A stretch of 64,000 nucleotides of DNA, taken from the NCBI GenBank assembly GCA_963740775.1, contig CAVUFE010000007.1, positions 183,148 to 247,147 on the forward strand, read 5' to 3'. The position numbers were made by a program, and so were the translations under genes. Of this stretch, positions 1 to 10,828 are shown one piece after another. Below the pieces are notes generated by a model. It was not told the DNA's origin and did no database searches. It saw only the letters and a program-made list of their open reading frames with translations. The DNA is from an uncultured Alphaproteobacteria bacterium. Lineage in GTDB: Bacteria; Pseudomonadota; Alphaproteobacteria; Sphingomonadales; Sphingomonadaceae. Each line of letters opens with the position of its first letter. Within the stretch, counting starts at the first letter, position 1.

Positions 1-730
1 TGATCGTCTTCAAACGCTTGCGATCGCCCGCGTTCGAAATCTTCCGGCTGATCCCGCCGCCATGCGACGTGTTGGGCATCAGCACGCAATAACGGCCGGC
101 CAGCGACAGATAGGTGGTCAGCGCCGCGCCCTTGTTGCCGCGTTCTTCCTTGACGACCTGCACCAGCAGCACCTGGCGGCGGTGGATGACGTCCTGGATC
201 TTGTAGCGGCGGCGCAGGTTCATGCGCTTTTCGCGGACGGCCTCGGCCTTGGCATTGCCGCGCGGGCGGCGCTGCGGCGCGCCTTCCTCGTCATGCTCCT
301 CGTCATGCTCGTCGCCGCCTTCGCCCGCCGTCTCGGGCTCTTCGGGCCGGTCGTCCTCGCCGTCGTCGGCGAAATGTTCTTCGCCGTGAATGCCCTCGTC
401 CGCCTCATCGGCTTCGGCGCGGAGGCGCTCTTCTTCCTCGGCATGCTCGGCTTCTTCGCGGAGCAGCGCTTCGCGGTCTTCGCGCGGGATCTGATAATAA
501 TCGGGATGGATTTCCGAAAAGGCCAGGAAGCCGTGACGGTTCCCGCCATAATCGATGAACGCGGCCTGGAGCGACGGCTCCACGCGCGTCACCTTGGCCA
601 GATAGATATTCCCCTTGAGCTGCTTGTGCTCGGCGGATTCGAAGTCGAATTCCTCGATCCGGTTACCCTTGACCACCGCCACACGGGTTTCTTCCCGGTG
701 GCGCGCATCGATCAGCATGCGCATTGTCAT
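1..730 (-). CDS. rne: Ribonuclease E/G (N-terminal part; runs off the window start)
   Basis: Manual translation from ATG at 730: MTMRMLIDARHREETRVAVVKGNRIEEFDFES...KGNIYLAKVTRVEPSLQAAFIDYGGNRHGFLAFSEIHPDYY; AAGGAAA RBS upstream. Not in the ORF track. Confidence 0.95.
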   Translation of the reverse strand, partial: MTMRMLIDARHREETRVAVVKGNRIEEFDFESAEHKQLKGNIYLAKVTRVEPSLQAAFIDYGGNRHGFLAFSEIHPDYYQIPREDREALLREEAEHAEEEERLRAEADEADEGIHGEEHFADDGEDDRPEEPETAGEGGDEHDEEHDEEGAPQRRPRGNAKAEAVREKRMNLRRRYKIQDVIHRRQVLLVQVVKEERGNKGAALTTYLSLAGRYCVLMPNTSHGGGISRKISNAGDRKRLKTI

Positions 731-1036
731 GATTGTTTCCTTGTGGACGCGGCGGCGCGAATGACCGCGTGGCCGGCGTCATGTTTGAAGTGAAGTTTGA
801 ATGCCTCTGCTCGCGATGCATGCCGGGCGTATGCCGCGCCGGAGATTGGCCCGCCCAGCGGCCAGCCCTGAAAGGGCTCGGCCGGGGAGCGGGGAACCAT
901 GCGTCATGCGAGCGTCAACCTGTTGTACCGGCAAGTTCGCCGGAAGCCGCCGGGCCCTGAGAGCCGGCAGGCGCAGCATGGCCTAGCACCACCGTAACGA
1001 AGCGGCAACATGTGGCGCGCGGACCGATTTGCCGTC

Positions 1037-1860
1037 ATGACGGCAACATGGGGATGCGGGCAGCGATTGGCGACGCGCGGGGGCGGTATTGATGCTGGCG
1101 CTGGCGGCATTGGTGATGAGCTTTGGCGTTGGCCGCGCCGGCGCGGTTGAGACAGGATCCTTGCCGCACCGCTGCCTGCATTGCCGCTGCCGGCGATCCT
1201 GGGACGCGCCGGCCGTCCGTTGCTGGTGATCGACGCGGGGCATGGAGGGCATGATCCCGGAGCGTCGGGCGAGTGGCGTCCGCGAAAAGGATGTGACGCT
1301 GGCGGTGGCGCTGGCGATCCGCGACGCGGTGCTGGCCAAGGGGCGCCTGCGCGTGGCGCTGACGCGAAGCGACGACCGCTATCTGCTGCTGGGTGAGCGG
1401 CCCGAAATCGCGCGAGCATTTGGGTGGCGACCTGTTCGTGTCGATCCATGCCGACAGCGGCGGCGGCACCGGGGCGACGGTCTACACCTTGTCGGAAACC
1501 GCGTCGGACCCCGCTGCGGCGCGCGTTGCGGCACGAGAGAACGGCGTCGGGCGGCTCGACCGATGATGCCGAGGTCGCTGCGATCCTTGGCGATCTGGCG
1601 CGCGACGAGCGGCTTGGCGGCTCGCTCGCCTTTGCCGAGCGCGTGCATGCCGCGGGCGCGCTTCCGTTCAAGTCCGAATGGCGCCGCTCGGCCAATTTCG
1701 TCGTGCTGCGCGGCGCGAACAGCCCGGCCGTGCTGCTCGAACTCGGCTATCTCAGCGATCCCGCCGATGTCGGCGCGCTTGCAGTCGCCAGAAGGCGCGC
1801 GCGGCGATCGGCGGGCGGTCGCACAGCGCCGCCGATCTGTTCCTCGCGACGCGCAAGTGA
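1037..1860 (+). CDS. N-acetylmuramoyl-L-alanine amidase (Amidase_3), frameshifted
   Basis: Motifs across frames: VIDAGHGGHDPGA, EKDVTLAVA, LTRSDDRYL, FVSIHAD, SANFVVLR, PAVLLELGYLS; divergent from rne and upstream of PBP1A. Confidence 0.85.
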
Positions 1861-1896
1861 CTGGCGCGTCGCGTCGTCGCTGCTAAAGCCGCGCAC

Positions 1897-4404
1897 GTGG
1901 ACGCGACCCTCCCGAAACTACTGGCTGGCGACCGCGCGCGCGGATTTGCGCGAAGGCTGGTCCAAGCGCTGGTTCCGCTGGGCGAGCTATGCCGCAGGCG
2001 CTGCTGTTGCTCGCTTGGGCGATCATCTGGTTCGGCGTCGCGCGCGCCTTGCCCGATGCCAACCAGCTGCTCAATTACGAGCCGCCGCTGCCGACCAATG
2101 TGCGCGGCATCAATGGCGCGCCGATCCACAGCTATGCCCGCGAACGCCGCGTCGAGATCGCGTTCGACGATTTTCCCAAGCCGGTGCTCGCCGCGTTCCT
2201 GTCCGCCGAGGACAAGAACTTCTTCAAGCATGGCGGGGTCGATTATTTCGGCGTCGTCCGCGCGGTCGTTCAACAATGTGACGTCGAGCGGGCGCAACGC
2301 AGGGCGCGTCGACGATCACGCAGCAGGTCGCGAAGAACCTGCTGATCGGCAACGAACGCAGCTACGCGCGCAAGGCCAAGGAAGCGATCCTTGCCTACCG
2401 CATCGAGGATGCGCTGACCAAGCAGCAGATCCTCGAACTCTACCTCAACCAGATCCCGCTGGGGCGGAACAGCTTTGGCGTGCAGGCCGCGTCGCGCGCC
2501 TATTTCGACAAGGATCTGAGCGAACTGACGCCTGTCCGAGGTGGCGTTCCTCGCGACCCTGCCCAAGGCGCCCGAAACCTATGGCCGCGCCAAATTCGCC
2601 GGGCGGGCGATCGGACGGCGCAACTACGTGCTCAACGAGATGCTGGCGAACGGCTATATCGACCAAGCGCAGCATGACGCAGCGAAAGCGCAGCCGCTGG
2701 GCATCCTGCCGCGCATCGTCCGGCGGCAGTCCGATGCCACCGGCTATTTCGTCGAGGAAGTGCGCCGCTCGCTGATCGCCAAATATGGCGAGACGGCGGA
2801 GGCCGGGCCGAACTCGGTCTATGCGCGGCGGACTGTGGGTGCGGACCTCGTTCGATCCCAAGCTGCAGTCCTATGCGCAGGAGGCGCTGCGCGACGGCCT
2901 GCTGCGCTATGCACGCGGGCAGGGCTGGGCGGGGCCGCTCGGGCATGTCGATGCGGACGACAAGACGCTGTCGCGCTTCATCGGCGCCAATGTCGGCATC
3001 GCCTATAAGGATTGGCGCACGGCCGTGGTGCTGTCGAGCGATGGCGGCGTCGCGCGAGCTGGGGTTTCAGAACGGGCAGGAAGGGGACGTTGCCGGCATC
3101 TGCGGCGCAGATGCCGCGTAAGGGCACCGGCGCGCCCGCGTTCGCTTGCCTGAAGCCGGGTGACATCATCGCCGTCGCGCCGGAGGGCGATCATTTCGCC
3201 TGCGTGCGGTGCCCGAAATCGCCGGCGCGTTCGTCGTGCAGAACCCGCATACCGGGCAGGTGCTGGCGATGCAGGGCGGGTTCGACAGCCGCCTCGGCGC
3301 GTTCAACCGCGCGACGCAGGCGCAACGCCAGCCAGGCTCGAGCTTCAAGCCGGTCGTCTATTCGGCCGCGCTCGATCACGGCTTCACGCCCGCGACGCTC
3401 ATCGTCGATGGGCCGTTTTGCGTCTATCAGGGCGCCGCGCTGGGCAACAAATGCTTCCGCAATTTCGGCAACATGCGCGGCGCCGGGCCGCAGACGATGC
3501 GCTGGGGTGTCGAGCAATCGCGCAACCTGATGACCGTGCGCGCGGCAGCCAGACCGGGATGCAGGCCGTCGTCAAGCGCGCCGCCGACCTCGGCGTGTCA
3601 CCGCCCGGCAAGCCCTATCCGCAATTCCTGTCGATCGCGCTCGGCGCGGGTGAGACGACCGTGCTCAAGATGGTCAACGCCTATTCGATCCTCGCCAATA
3701 ACGGCCGGGCGCTGCGCCCGACCTTGATCGATTATGTCCAGGACCGTCACGGCAAGACGATTTATCGCGCCGACACGCGGCCTTGCGATCGCTGCAACGC
3801 GGCCGATTGGGATGGCAAGGCGATGCCGCGCCCGCCGGTGCGGACGAAGCAAGTGCTCGATCCGATGACCGCGTACCAGATGGTCCACATCATGGAGGGC
3901 GTCGTCGAACGCGGCACGGCGACGACACTGCGCGACTTGAAGCGGCCTTTGTTCGGCAAGACTGGCACGACGACCGGACCGACCAACGTGTGGTTCGTCG
4001 GCGGGTCTCCCGACCTCGTCGGCGGACTGTACCTCGGTTACGACCAGCCACGCTCGATGGGCGGCTATGCGCAGGGCGGGACGATCGCCGCGCCGGTATT
4101 CAAGCAGTTCGCGGCGCAAGCAATGAAGGATATGCCGCCGGTGCCATTCCGCGCCGCGGGCGGCGTGCGCATGGTGCGGATCGATCGGCGATCGGGCCAA
4201 CGGGTGTATGGAACATTCCCGATGGACGACAGCGATCCCAAGGCGGCGGTGATCTGGGAGGCATTCAAGCCCGAAAGCGAGCCGCGCCGCTCCATTCGTC
4301 GCGAGGATTTGCCCAAGGTCGCGGCCAAACAGGCCAAGGCGGCGGCGGCCGCCGAAACTGGCCGCGACGACGATTTCTTGCAAAGGCAGGGCGGGATTTA
4401 CTAA
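1897..4404 (+). CDS. mrcA: Penicillin-binding protein 1A (transglycosylase/transpeptidase), several frameshifts
   Basis: AFLSAEDKNFFKHGGVD, STITQQVAKN, RQPGSSFKP (SxxK), QSRN (SxN), FGKTGT (KTG), spread over several ORFs. Confidence 0.9.
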
Positions 4405-4435
4405 CCCGCGTTCTTAATTCCGAAGGGTCACGACA

Positions 4436-5563
4436 ATGCGCGCCGAAGCGCAGGCACATGCCGATCAGATCAACGCCGCGCTCGCGCTGTTGCGCCGGTT
4501 CCTCGACTGGGATCGCGCGCTCAAGCGGCTCGACGAACTCAACGCGCAGGTCGAGGACCAGACGCTGTGGGACGATCCCAAGGCTGCGCAGACGGTGATG
4601 CGCGAACGCAGCCGGCTGGAACAGGCGATCGGCGCCACGCGCAAGATCCAGCGCGAGCTCGACGATACGATCGAGCTAATGGAAATGGCCGATGCGGAAG
4701 GCGATCAGGCAATGTCGGACGAGGCGCTGGCCAGCCTCGCCGATCTTGCCGAGCGGACCGAGAGCGACAAGGTCGCGGCGCTGCTGGCGGGCGAGGCCGA
4801 TGCCAACAATGCTTATGTCGAGGTCAATGCCGGCGCTGGCGGGACCGAGAGCCAGGACTGGGCTGAAATGCTGGGGCGGATGTACTCGCGCTGGGCCGAA
4901 CGCCACCGCATGAAAGTCGAGTTGGTCGACTATCACGCGGGCGAACAGGCCGGAATCAAGTCGGTGACATATCTGCTGAAGGGCGAAAACGCCTATGGCT
5001 ATGCCAAGACCGAGAGCGGCGTTCACCGCCTCGTCCGGATCAGCCCCTTTGGCAGCGGCGACAAGCGCCAGACGAGCTTTGCCAGCGTCTGGGTCTATCC
5101 CGAAGTCGACGACGATATCGACATCGAAGTCGTCGAAAGCGACCTGCGCATCGACACCTATCGCGCGTCGGGCGCGGGTGGGCAGCACATCAACACGACC
5201 AATTCGGCGGTGCGGATCACGCACATCCCGACGAACATCGTCGTCGCCTGCCAGAACCAGCGCAGCCAGCACAAGAATCGTGCCGAGGCGATGAAGCAAC
5301 TCAAGGCGCGGCTGTACGAAGCCGAACTGCAAAAGCGCGAGGCCGAGGCCAATGCCCAGAACGCGGCCAAGACCGATATCGGCTGGGGCCACCAGATCCG
5401 GTCCTACGTGCTGCAACCATATCAGCAGGTGAAGGATTTGCGGACTGGTGTGACCTCGCCGTCACCGTCGGATGTCCTCGACGGGGATCTTGATCGGTTC
5501 ATGGCGGCGGCATTGAGCCAGCGCGTGACCGGCGAAAAAGTCGAAGTGGAGGATGTGGAGTGA
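4436..5563 (+). CDS. prfB: Peptide chain release factor 2
   Basis: Intact 375-aa ORF with GVHRLVRISPF (SPF motif) and GAGGQHIN (GGQ). Confidence 0.97.
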   Translation: MRAEAQAHADQINAALALLRRFLDWDRALKRLDELNAQVEDQTLWDDPKAAQTVMRERSRLEQAIGATRKIQRELDDTIELMEMADAEGDQAMSDEALASLADLAERTESDKVAALLAGEADANNAYVEVNAGAGGTESQDWAEMLGRMYSRWAERHRMKVELVDYHAGEQAGIKSVTYLLKGENAYGYAKTESGVHRLVRISPFGSGDKRQTSFASVWVYPEVDDDIDIEVVESDLRIDTYRASGAGGQHINTTNSAVRITHIPTNIVVACQNQRSQHKNRAEAMKQLKARLYEAELQKREAEANAQNAAKTDIGWGHQIRSYVLQPYQQVKDLRTGVTSPSPSDVLDGDLDRFMAAALSQRVTGEKVEVEDVE

Positions 5564-6259
5564 GGTATCTGATCGCGCTCCCGTTTCTGGCGCTGGCCGC
5601 CTGCAAGGCTGCTCCGGTGGCGCCGAAAGCACAGGCCGAACCGACCTTCCCGTCGCCCGCGCGTCCTGTTGCAGAGATCGTTTCGGCGCGCTGGTCCGAC
5701 GAACCGACGCGCGACCGGTCGAATGAGGCCAATGAGGTGATGGACCGCGCAGGCATCATGCCCGGCATGACCGTCGCCGATATCGGCGCGGGCGAAGGCT
5801 ATTACACCATCCGTCTATCATAGCGCGTCGGCAAGACAGGGCGCGTGCTGGCGCAGGACGTCACCCCTGGTACGCGCGATGCGCTCGCCGAACGCGTTGC
5901 GCGCGACGGGCTCGACAATGTCAGCGTAAAGCTCGGTTACCCCGACAACCCGCGCCTGCCCGAAAACTTCGACCGCGTGCTGATGATCCACATGTATCAT
6001 GAGATCGCCAGCCCTTACTCGTTTCTGTGGCACTTGCGCCCGAGCGTGAAGGCCGGCGGCCGGGTTATCGTCGTCGATGCCGATCGCCCGACCGAACCAG
6101 CACGGCACCCCGCCCTCTCTCCTGAAGTGCGAATTTGCGGCGGTGGGTTACAAGCAGGTCGATTTCCAGACGATGCCGTCGGCGGGTGGTTATCTCGCTG
6201 CGTTCGAGCTGGAGGGGCAGAGGCCCGAGCCCAAGGCGATCAAGGTTTGTGAGGGTTAG
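5560..6259 (+). CDS. Class I SAM-dependent methyltransferase with lipoprotein-like signal; in-frame TAG at 5821 and a frameshift near 6090
   Basis: Signal ending LAAC; VADIGAGEGYYT motif I; the same frame resumes after TAG (RVGKTGRVLAQD...MYHEI); C-terminus in ORF 6077..6259. Confidence 0.8.
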
Positions 6260-6954
6260 CTCGCGTCGAGCCCCTCGCCGCGATACTTTAGTTTGAGATA
6301 TTCGCCCTGCGTGGCGAGCAATTCGAGGTCGCCGCGCGCCAGTTGTTCACTCATGCGCGTCAGTTCGGCATCGACGGTCCTGAGTCCGTCGACCAATTGC
6401 GCATCGGGAGCCAAGCCGTCGCGAGACTGGCTGCGCATGCCCTGCGGCACGCGGGCGTAGCCGTTGACGAGTTCGGGGAGTTCGTCGGCAATCAGCCTGC
6501 GGATCTCGAACGCGGCGGGGCTGCCCGCGTCGAGCGTCGCAAGCTGCGGTTGCAGCGCTTCCAGCTTGACGCCGATGCCGTCGGCGAGCGTCTGGGCAGG
6601 CGCGGGCAGGGCGGGACGTTGTTGATCGAGCCAGCGCGCGGTTTTTGACGGCAATAGCGTGATCGGAGCGGCCGGTAGCGCGTCGACGCGGATCGCGGGT
6701 TCCGCCGACAGCATCACGCCGATAACCGCCGCGGCGATCATTGCCAGCACCGCGAGCATCGCGCCGGTTATTCCGATCGGGCTGATCAGCCCCCACACGA
6801 ACGCCACGAACAACACGACCGCCACGCCAACGGCCGCATTGCGCAGCGCCCGCGGTCCGCGGCGCGACCGGTAAGCCCGCCGCATCTGCACAGCGCGCTG
6901 CCGTTCGAGGACGGCATCGGCATGAGTGACCGCCTGATCGGTTTCGGTCGCCAT
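6256..6954 (-). CDS. Two-TM membrane protein, XpaC/KlaA-like partner of TelA
   Basis: C-terminal part of ORF 6256..7938 from MATETDQAV; two hydrophobic helices then a helical domain (ELPELVNGY..VP); start overlaps the telA stop. Confidence 0.6.
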   Translation of the reverse strand: MATETDQAVTHADAVLERQRAVQMRRAYRSRRGPRALRNAAVGVAVVLFVAFVWGLISPIGITGAMLAVLAMIAAAVIGVMLSAEPAIRVDALPAAPITLLPSKTARWLDQQRPALPAPAQTLADGIGVKLEALQPQLATLDAGSPAAFEIRRLIADELPELVNGYARVPQGMRSQSRDGLAPDAQLVDGLRTVDAELTRMSEQLARGDLELLATQGEYLKLKYRGEGLDAS

Positions 6955-8152
6955 CAAACCGTTTCGAATGGACTGGGCTGATGCGTCAGTTGAGCCGCGT
7001 TCGCGCCTTCCGCGCGCGCGATGTAGCCCTTTGACTTCTCGACCTCGCCTTCCAGCGCGTTGACCGTGGTCTTCATGCTGTCGAGCGCCTTGAGCTTGTA
7101 GACGTCGATCGCGTCCATCGTGTCGTAGATGTTCTGGAACGCGCGCTTGAGCGTTTCGAGCGGGATGGTCGCGGACGACGCCTGTTCGTGGATCGTCGCG
7201 GTATTCTGCTTGAGCAGCGCGCCGGTCGAATCGATGATGTTGGCGGTCGTCGTGTTGAGCTGCGTGATCTGTTCGAGCACCAGCTTCTGGTTGGCCATCG
7301 CCTGCGCCACGGTGACGGCGGTGCGCAGCGCCGAGACGGTGGTGGTCGACGCGCGGTCGACGCCCTTCACCAGCTCGACATTGTTCTTCTTGACCAGGTC
7401 GAGCGCGAGATAGCCCTGCACCGTCACCGCCATCTGCGTCAGCAGGTCGGTGGTCCGCTGGCGGACGTAGAACAGCGCCGTTTCCTTGATCGCCTTGGCC
7501 TTGGCAGGATCGCTGCAACTCCAGCTCCATCGCCTTGGCCTCGAGCTTCGCGTCGAGCGCCTTGGAGACGTGGATCATCTGTTCCAGCCGGCCCATCGCC
7601 GCCCACAGGGTCTGCCGCTCGACGGTCGATCGCGGCATTGTCCTTGAGCAGCTCGTCCTTGCCGCTCGCGAGGCGCGACGAGGATGGTCGAGATATGGCT
7701 CTGCGCGCGATTTGTAGCTGTCGAAATAATTGCGCAGCTTGTTGCCGAACGGGATGATCCCGAACAGCTTCTTCGGCGCGGTAAGGTTGCCCTGCCTGCC
7801 GGGATCGAGATCCTCGATCGTGCGGCGCAGCTGGGCAAGGTCGTTGCCGACGCCGGACTCCTTGTCCATCGCGCGCACCGGGCGATCGAGGAAGCGATTG
7901 GATTGCCCGGCCGCCTCGGCGATCTCGCGGCGGCCCATGTCCGAAATCTGGTCGACGCGCTTGCCGAATTCGGGCGAGTTGACGTCCTGCGCCGCCAGTT
8001 CCTCGACGAACGCCTCGGCCTTGGCCTCCAGCTTGGTCTTTTGGTCGTCCTCAAGCGGGACCAGGCCCTGCAGCCTTTTCGGGCGCGACGGCGACCACCG
8101 GATCGGGCGGGGTCAGCTTCAGATCGGTGGTATCGGCAACCTGCGTGGCCAT
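6954..8152 (-). CDS. Toxic anion resistance protein (TelA/KlaB family), frameshifted
   Basis: KKLFGIIPFGNKLRNYFDSY, GYLALDLVKKNNVELVKGVDRASTTTVSALRTAV; ATG at 8152 with GAAGGAG RBS. Confidence 0.85.
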
Positions 8153-8258
8153 CGCGGCAAACTCCTTCGCCACGCAACATAGGGTGGGGGGAGTGTGTTA
8201 TGCAAGTGACACAGTAGTTGTGCTTCCATTGCGTGCCTGCACGCGCCTAAAGCGGGAG

Positions 8259-9674
8259 GTGTCGCCCCAAGAAACCGCGTTGATCCTGGCCCGCGCGCAA
8301 TTCGCGTTCACGGTGTCGTTTCATTTCATCTTTCCGGCCTTTTCGATCGGCCTCGCAAGTTATCTCGCCGTGCTCGAAGGGCTGTGGCTGTGGACGCAAG
8401 AAGCAACGCTTCATCGATCTGTATCAATTACTGGCTCAAGATCTTCGCGGTCGCCTTCGCCATGGGCGTCGTCTCGGGCATCGTCATGTCCTACCAGTTC
8501 GGCACCAACTGGTCGGTGTTCTCGGACAAGGCGGGGCCGATCATCGGCCCGCTGATGGCCTACGAAGTGCTGACCGCCTTCTTCCTCGAAGCCGGGTTCC
8601 TGGGCGTGATGCTGTTCGGGCGGAGCAGGTCGGCAACAGACTGCATTTCGGCGGCGACGATGATGGTCGCCGCAGGCACTTTTGTCTCGGCCTTCTGGAT
8701 CTGTCAGCGTCAACAGCTGGATGCAGACGCCGCGGGCTGGGCAGTCGCGGCCAACGGCCAATTCGTCGTCAAGGACGGCTGGCTGCCGGTGATCTTCAAC
8801 CCCAGCTTCCCGTTCCGCCTGATGCACACGGTGACCGCCGCCTACCTGACCACCGCCCTGGCGGTCGGCGGGGTAGGCGCGTGGCATCTGCTGAAAGGAC
8901 ACCGGACCGAACGCGGTGAAAACCAGTGTTCAACATGGCGATGTGGATGGCGGCGATCGTCGCGCCCGTCCAGATCTTCCTCGGCGATCTTCACGGCCTG
9001 AACACGCTGGAGCATCAGCCGGTCAAGGTGCTGGCGATGGAGGGGCATTTCGAGAGCCATCGCCGAACGGCGCTCCGCTCGCCTTGTTCGGTTGGCCCAA
9101 TCAGAAGACCCAGACGGCTCGATTATGCGGTGAGATTCCCAAGCTGTCGTCACTGATCCTCAAGCACGACCTCGAACGCGCCGCTTCGCCGGCCTGCGAC
9201 ACGTTCCCGCGCGAGAACCAGCCCCCGGTCGCTATCGTGTTCTGGGCGTTCCGCATCATGGTCGGGCTCGGCTTCGCGATGTTCGGCCTTGGGTCTGTGG
9301 AGCCTGTTCGCGCGGTGGCGCGGCAAATTGTACGAGTGGCGCTGGCTGCACCGCGCTGGGCGTGGCGATGGGGCCGGCGGGTTTCGTCGCGGTGATTGCG
9401 GGTTGGGTGACGACCGAAGTCGGTCGCCAGCCCTGGGTCATCACCGGCCTGCTGCGCACCGCCGATGCGCGCTCGCCCATCGCAGCGCCGGCGGTCGCCG
9501 GCTCGCTCGCGGCTTTCGTGGTGGTCTATTTCGTCGTCTTCGGGTTCGGCGTCTGGTACATCCTGCGCCTGATGGCCAAGCCGCCGCACGGACGGCCGAG
9601 CCCGGACAGCCGCGTGAACCGGTACGGCACCGGCCGGGCGTGCAGCCCCGGCCATGCGGCGAAGGACAGCCTGA
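8259..9674 (+). CDS. cydA: Cytochrome bd (CioA-type, short Q-loop) ubiquinol oxidase subunit I, frameshifted
   Basis: LARAQFAFTVSFHFIFP, FAMGVVSGIVMSYQFGTNW, AFFLEAGF, HQPVKVLAMEG, GWVTTEVGRQPW. Confidence 0.92.
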
Positions 9675-10689
9675 TGGACCTGACCGTCATCTGGGCCGTG
9701 CATCATCGCCTTTGCCGTGTCGCATGTACGTCGTCATGGACGGGTTCGACCTGGGCATCGGCATCCTGTTCCCGTTCTTCCGGTCGGCACCGAACGCGAC
9801 ACGGCGATGAACACCATCGCGCCGGTGTGGGACGGCAACGAGACCTGGCTGGTGCTGGGCGGCGGCGGGCTGATGGCGGCGTTTCCGCTGGCCTACGCGA
9901 TCGTCCTGCCCGCGCTTTACGCGCCATTGATCGCCATGCTGCTGGGCCTGGTGTTTCGCGGCGTGGCCTTCGAATTCCGCTGGCGCGACAGGCGCCACCG
10001 CCGGTGGTGGGACGCGGGCTTCTGCATGCGGCTCGGTCGTCGCGACCTTCATGCAGGGCGTTACGCTGGGCGCGCTGCTGCAGGGGATCGACGTCACGGG
10101 CCGCGCCTATTCGGGCGGCTGGTGGGATTGGCTGACGCCCGTTCAGCCTGTTGTGCGGCGCGAGCCTGCTCGTGGCCTATGCGCTGCTCGGCGCGAGCTG
10201 GCTGGTGTGGCAGCACGGAGGGCGCCGCTGCACGACGGACGGCCGCAAGTTCGTGCGCTGGCTGACGCCCGCGACACTGGTCGACGATCGCGCTGGTCAG
10301 CGCGGCGACGCCGTTCCTCGAGGGAAAATATTATCAGCGGTGGATCGAATGGCCCGGGCTGTTGGTGACTGTCCCGATGCCAATCCTGTTCGGTATCAGC
10401 GCACTGATGCTGTGGCGCTCCGCGCACAAGAGTGCGGACGCGGCGCCGTTCATGTGGACGCTGGCGATATTCGCGCCTGACGATGGCGGGGCTGGGCATT
10501 TCGATCTGGCCCGACGTCGTGCCGGGGCGGGTCAGCATCTGGCAGGCCGCCGCGCCCGAGACGAGCCAGTTGTTCATGCTCGTCGGGACGGTGGTGCTGG
10601 TGCCGGCAATCCTTGCCTACACCTTCTGGGCTTATTGGGTGTTCCGCGGGAAGGTCGGCGACAGCGGCTATCATGCGCACGACCATTAG
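9674..10689 (+). CDS. cydB: Cytochrome bd oxidase subunit II, frameshifted
   Basis: MDLTVIW, YVVMDGFDLGIGIL, PVWDGNETWLVLGGG, FRGVAFEFR, YWVFRGKV. Confidence 0.92.
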
Positions 10690-10780
10690 GCGGCTGGGTT
10701 GGCTGGTGCTGATCTGGACCGCGAGCGTCAGTGCGCTGGGGGTGGTCGCTTACGGCCTGCGCTGGATGCTCAAGCCCTAG
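10673..10780 (+). CDS. 35-aa single-TM small protein (DUF2474-like; candidate cytochrome bd small subunit)
   Basis: Manual translation MRTTIRRLGWLVLIWTASVSALGVVAYGLRWMLKP*; overlaps the cydB end; below the ORF-track cutoff. Confidence 0.75.
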   Translation: MRTTIRRLGWLVLIWTASVSALGVVAYGLRWMLKP

Positions 10781-10828
10781 CGGAGCGAGCGCGCTTCGGG
10801 CAGTGAACCGGTACGAAATCGGGGAGCG

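Noticed and set aside
62-793. Long antisense or alternate-frame ORFs (e.g. 62..793, 36086..37672, 38580..40067, 56641..57888)
   Set aside because: Shadows of real genes on the opposite strand, expected in GC3-rich DNA; no recognisable motifs.
1897-4404. Programmed frameshifting or pseudogenisation of mrcA, yidC, ubiE, dut and others
   Set aside because: Essential genes with multiple scattered indels and no slippery motifs; sequencing error is more parsimonious.
6256-7938. 560-aa fusion of TelA and the downstream membrane protein
   Set aside because: Produced by frameshifts; the middle of the ORF is off-frame, and both genes have their own coupled stop and start at 6954.
9612-9629. GCGTGAACCGGTACGGCA near-repeat with 23001-23018, and a 13-mer match at 10803
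   Set aside because: A 17/18 match between arbitrary sites is plausible by chance in 64 kb of GC-rich DNA; the contexts are inconsistent.
9362-10135. CydA-CydB fusion
   Set aside because: An indel artefact; a TGATG stop/start overlap is present at 9672-9676.
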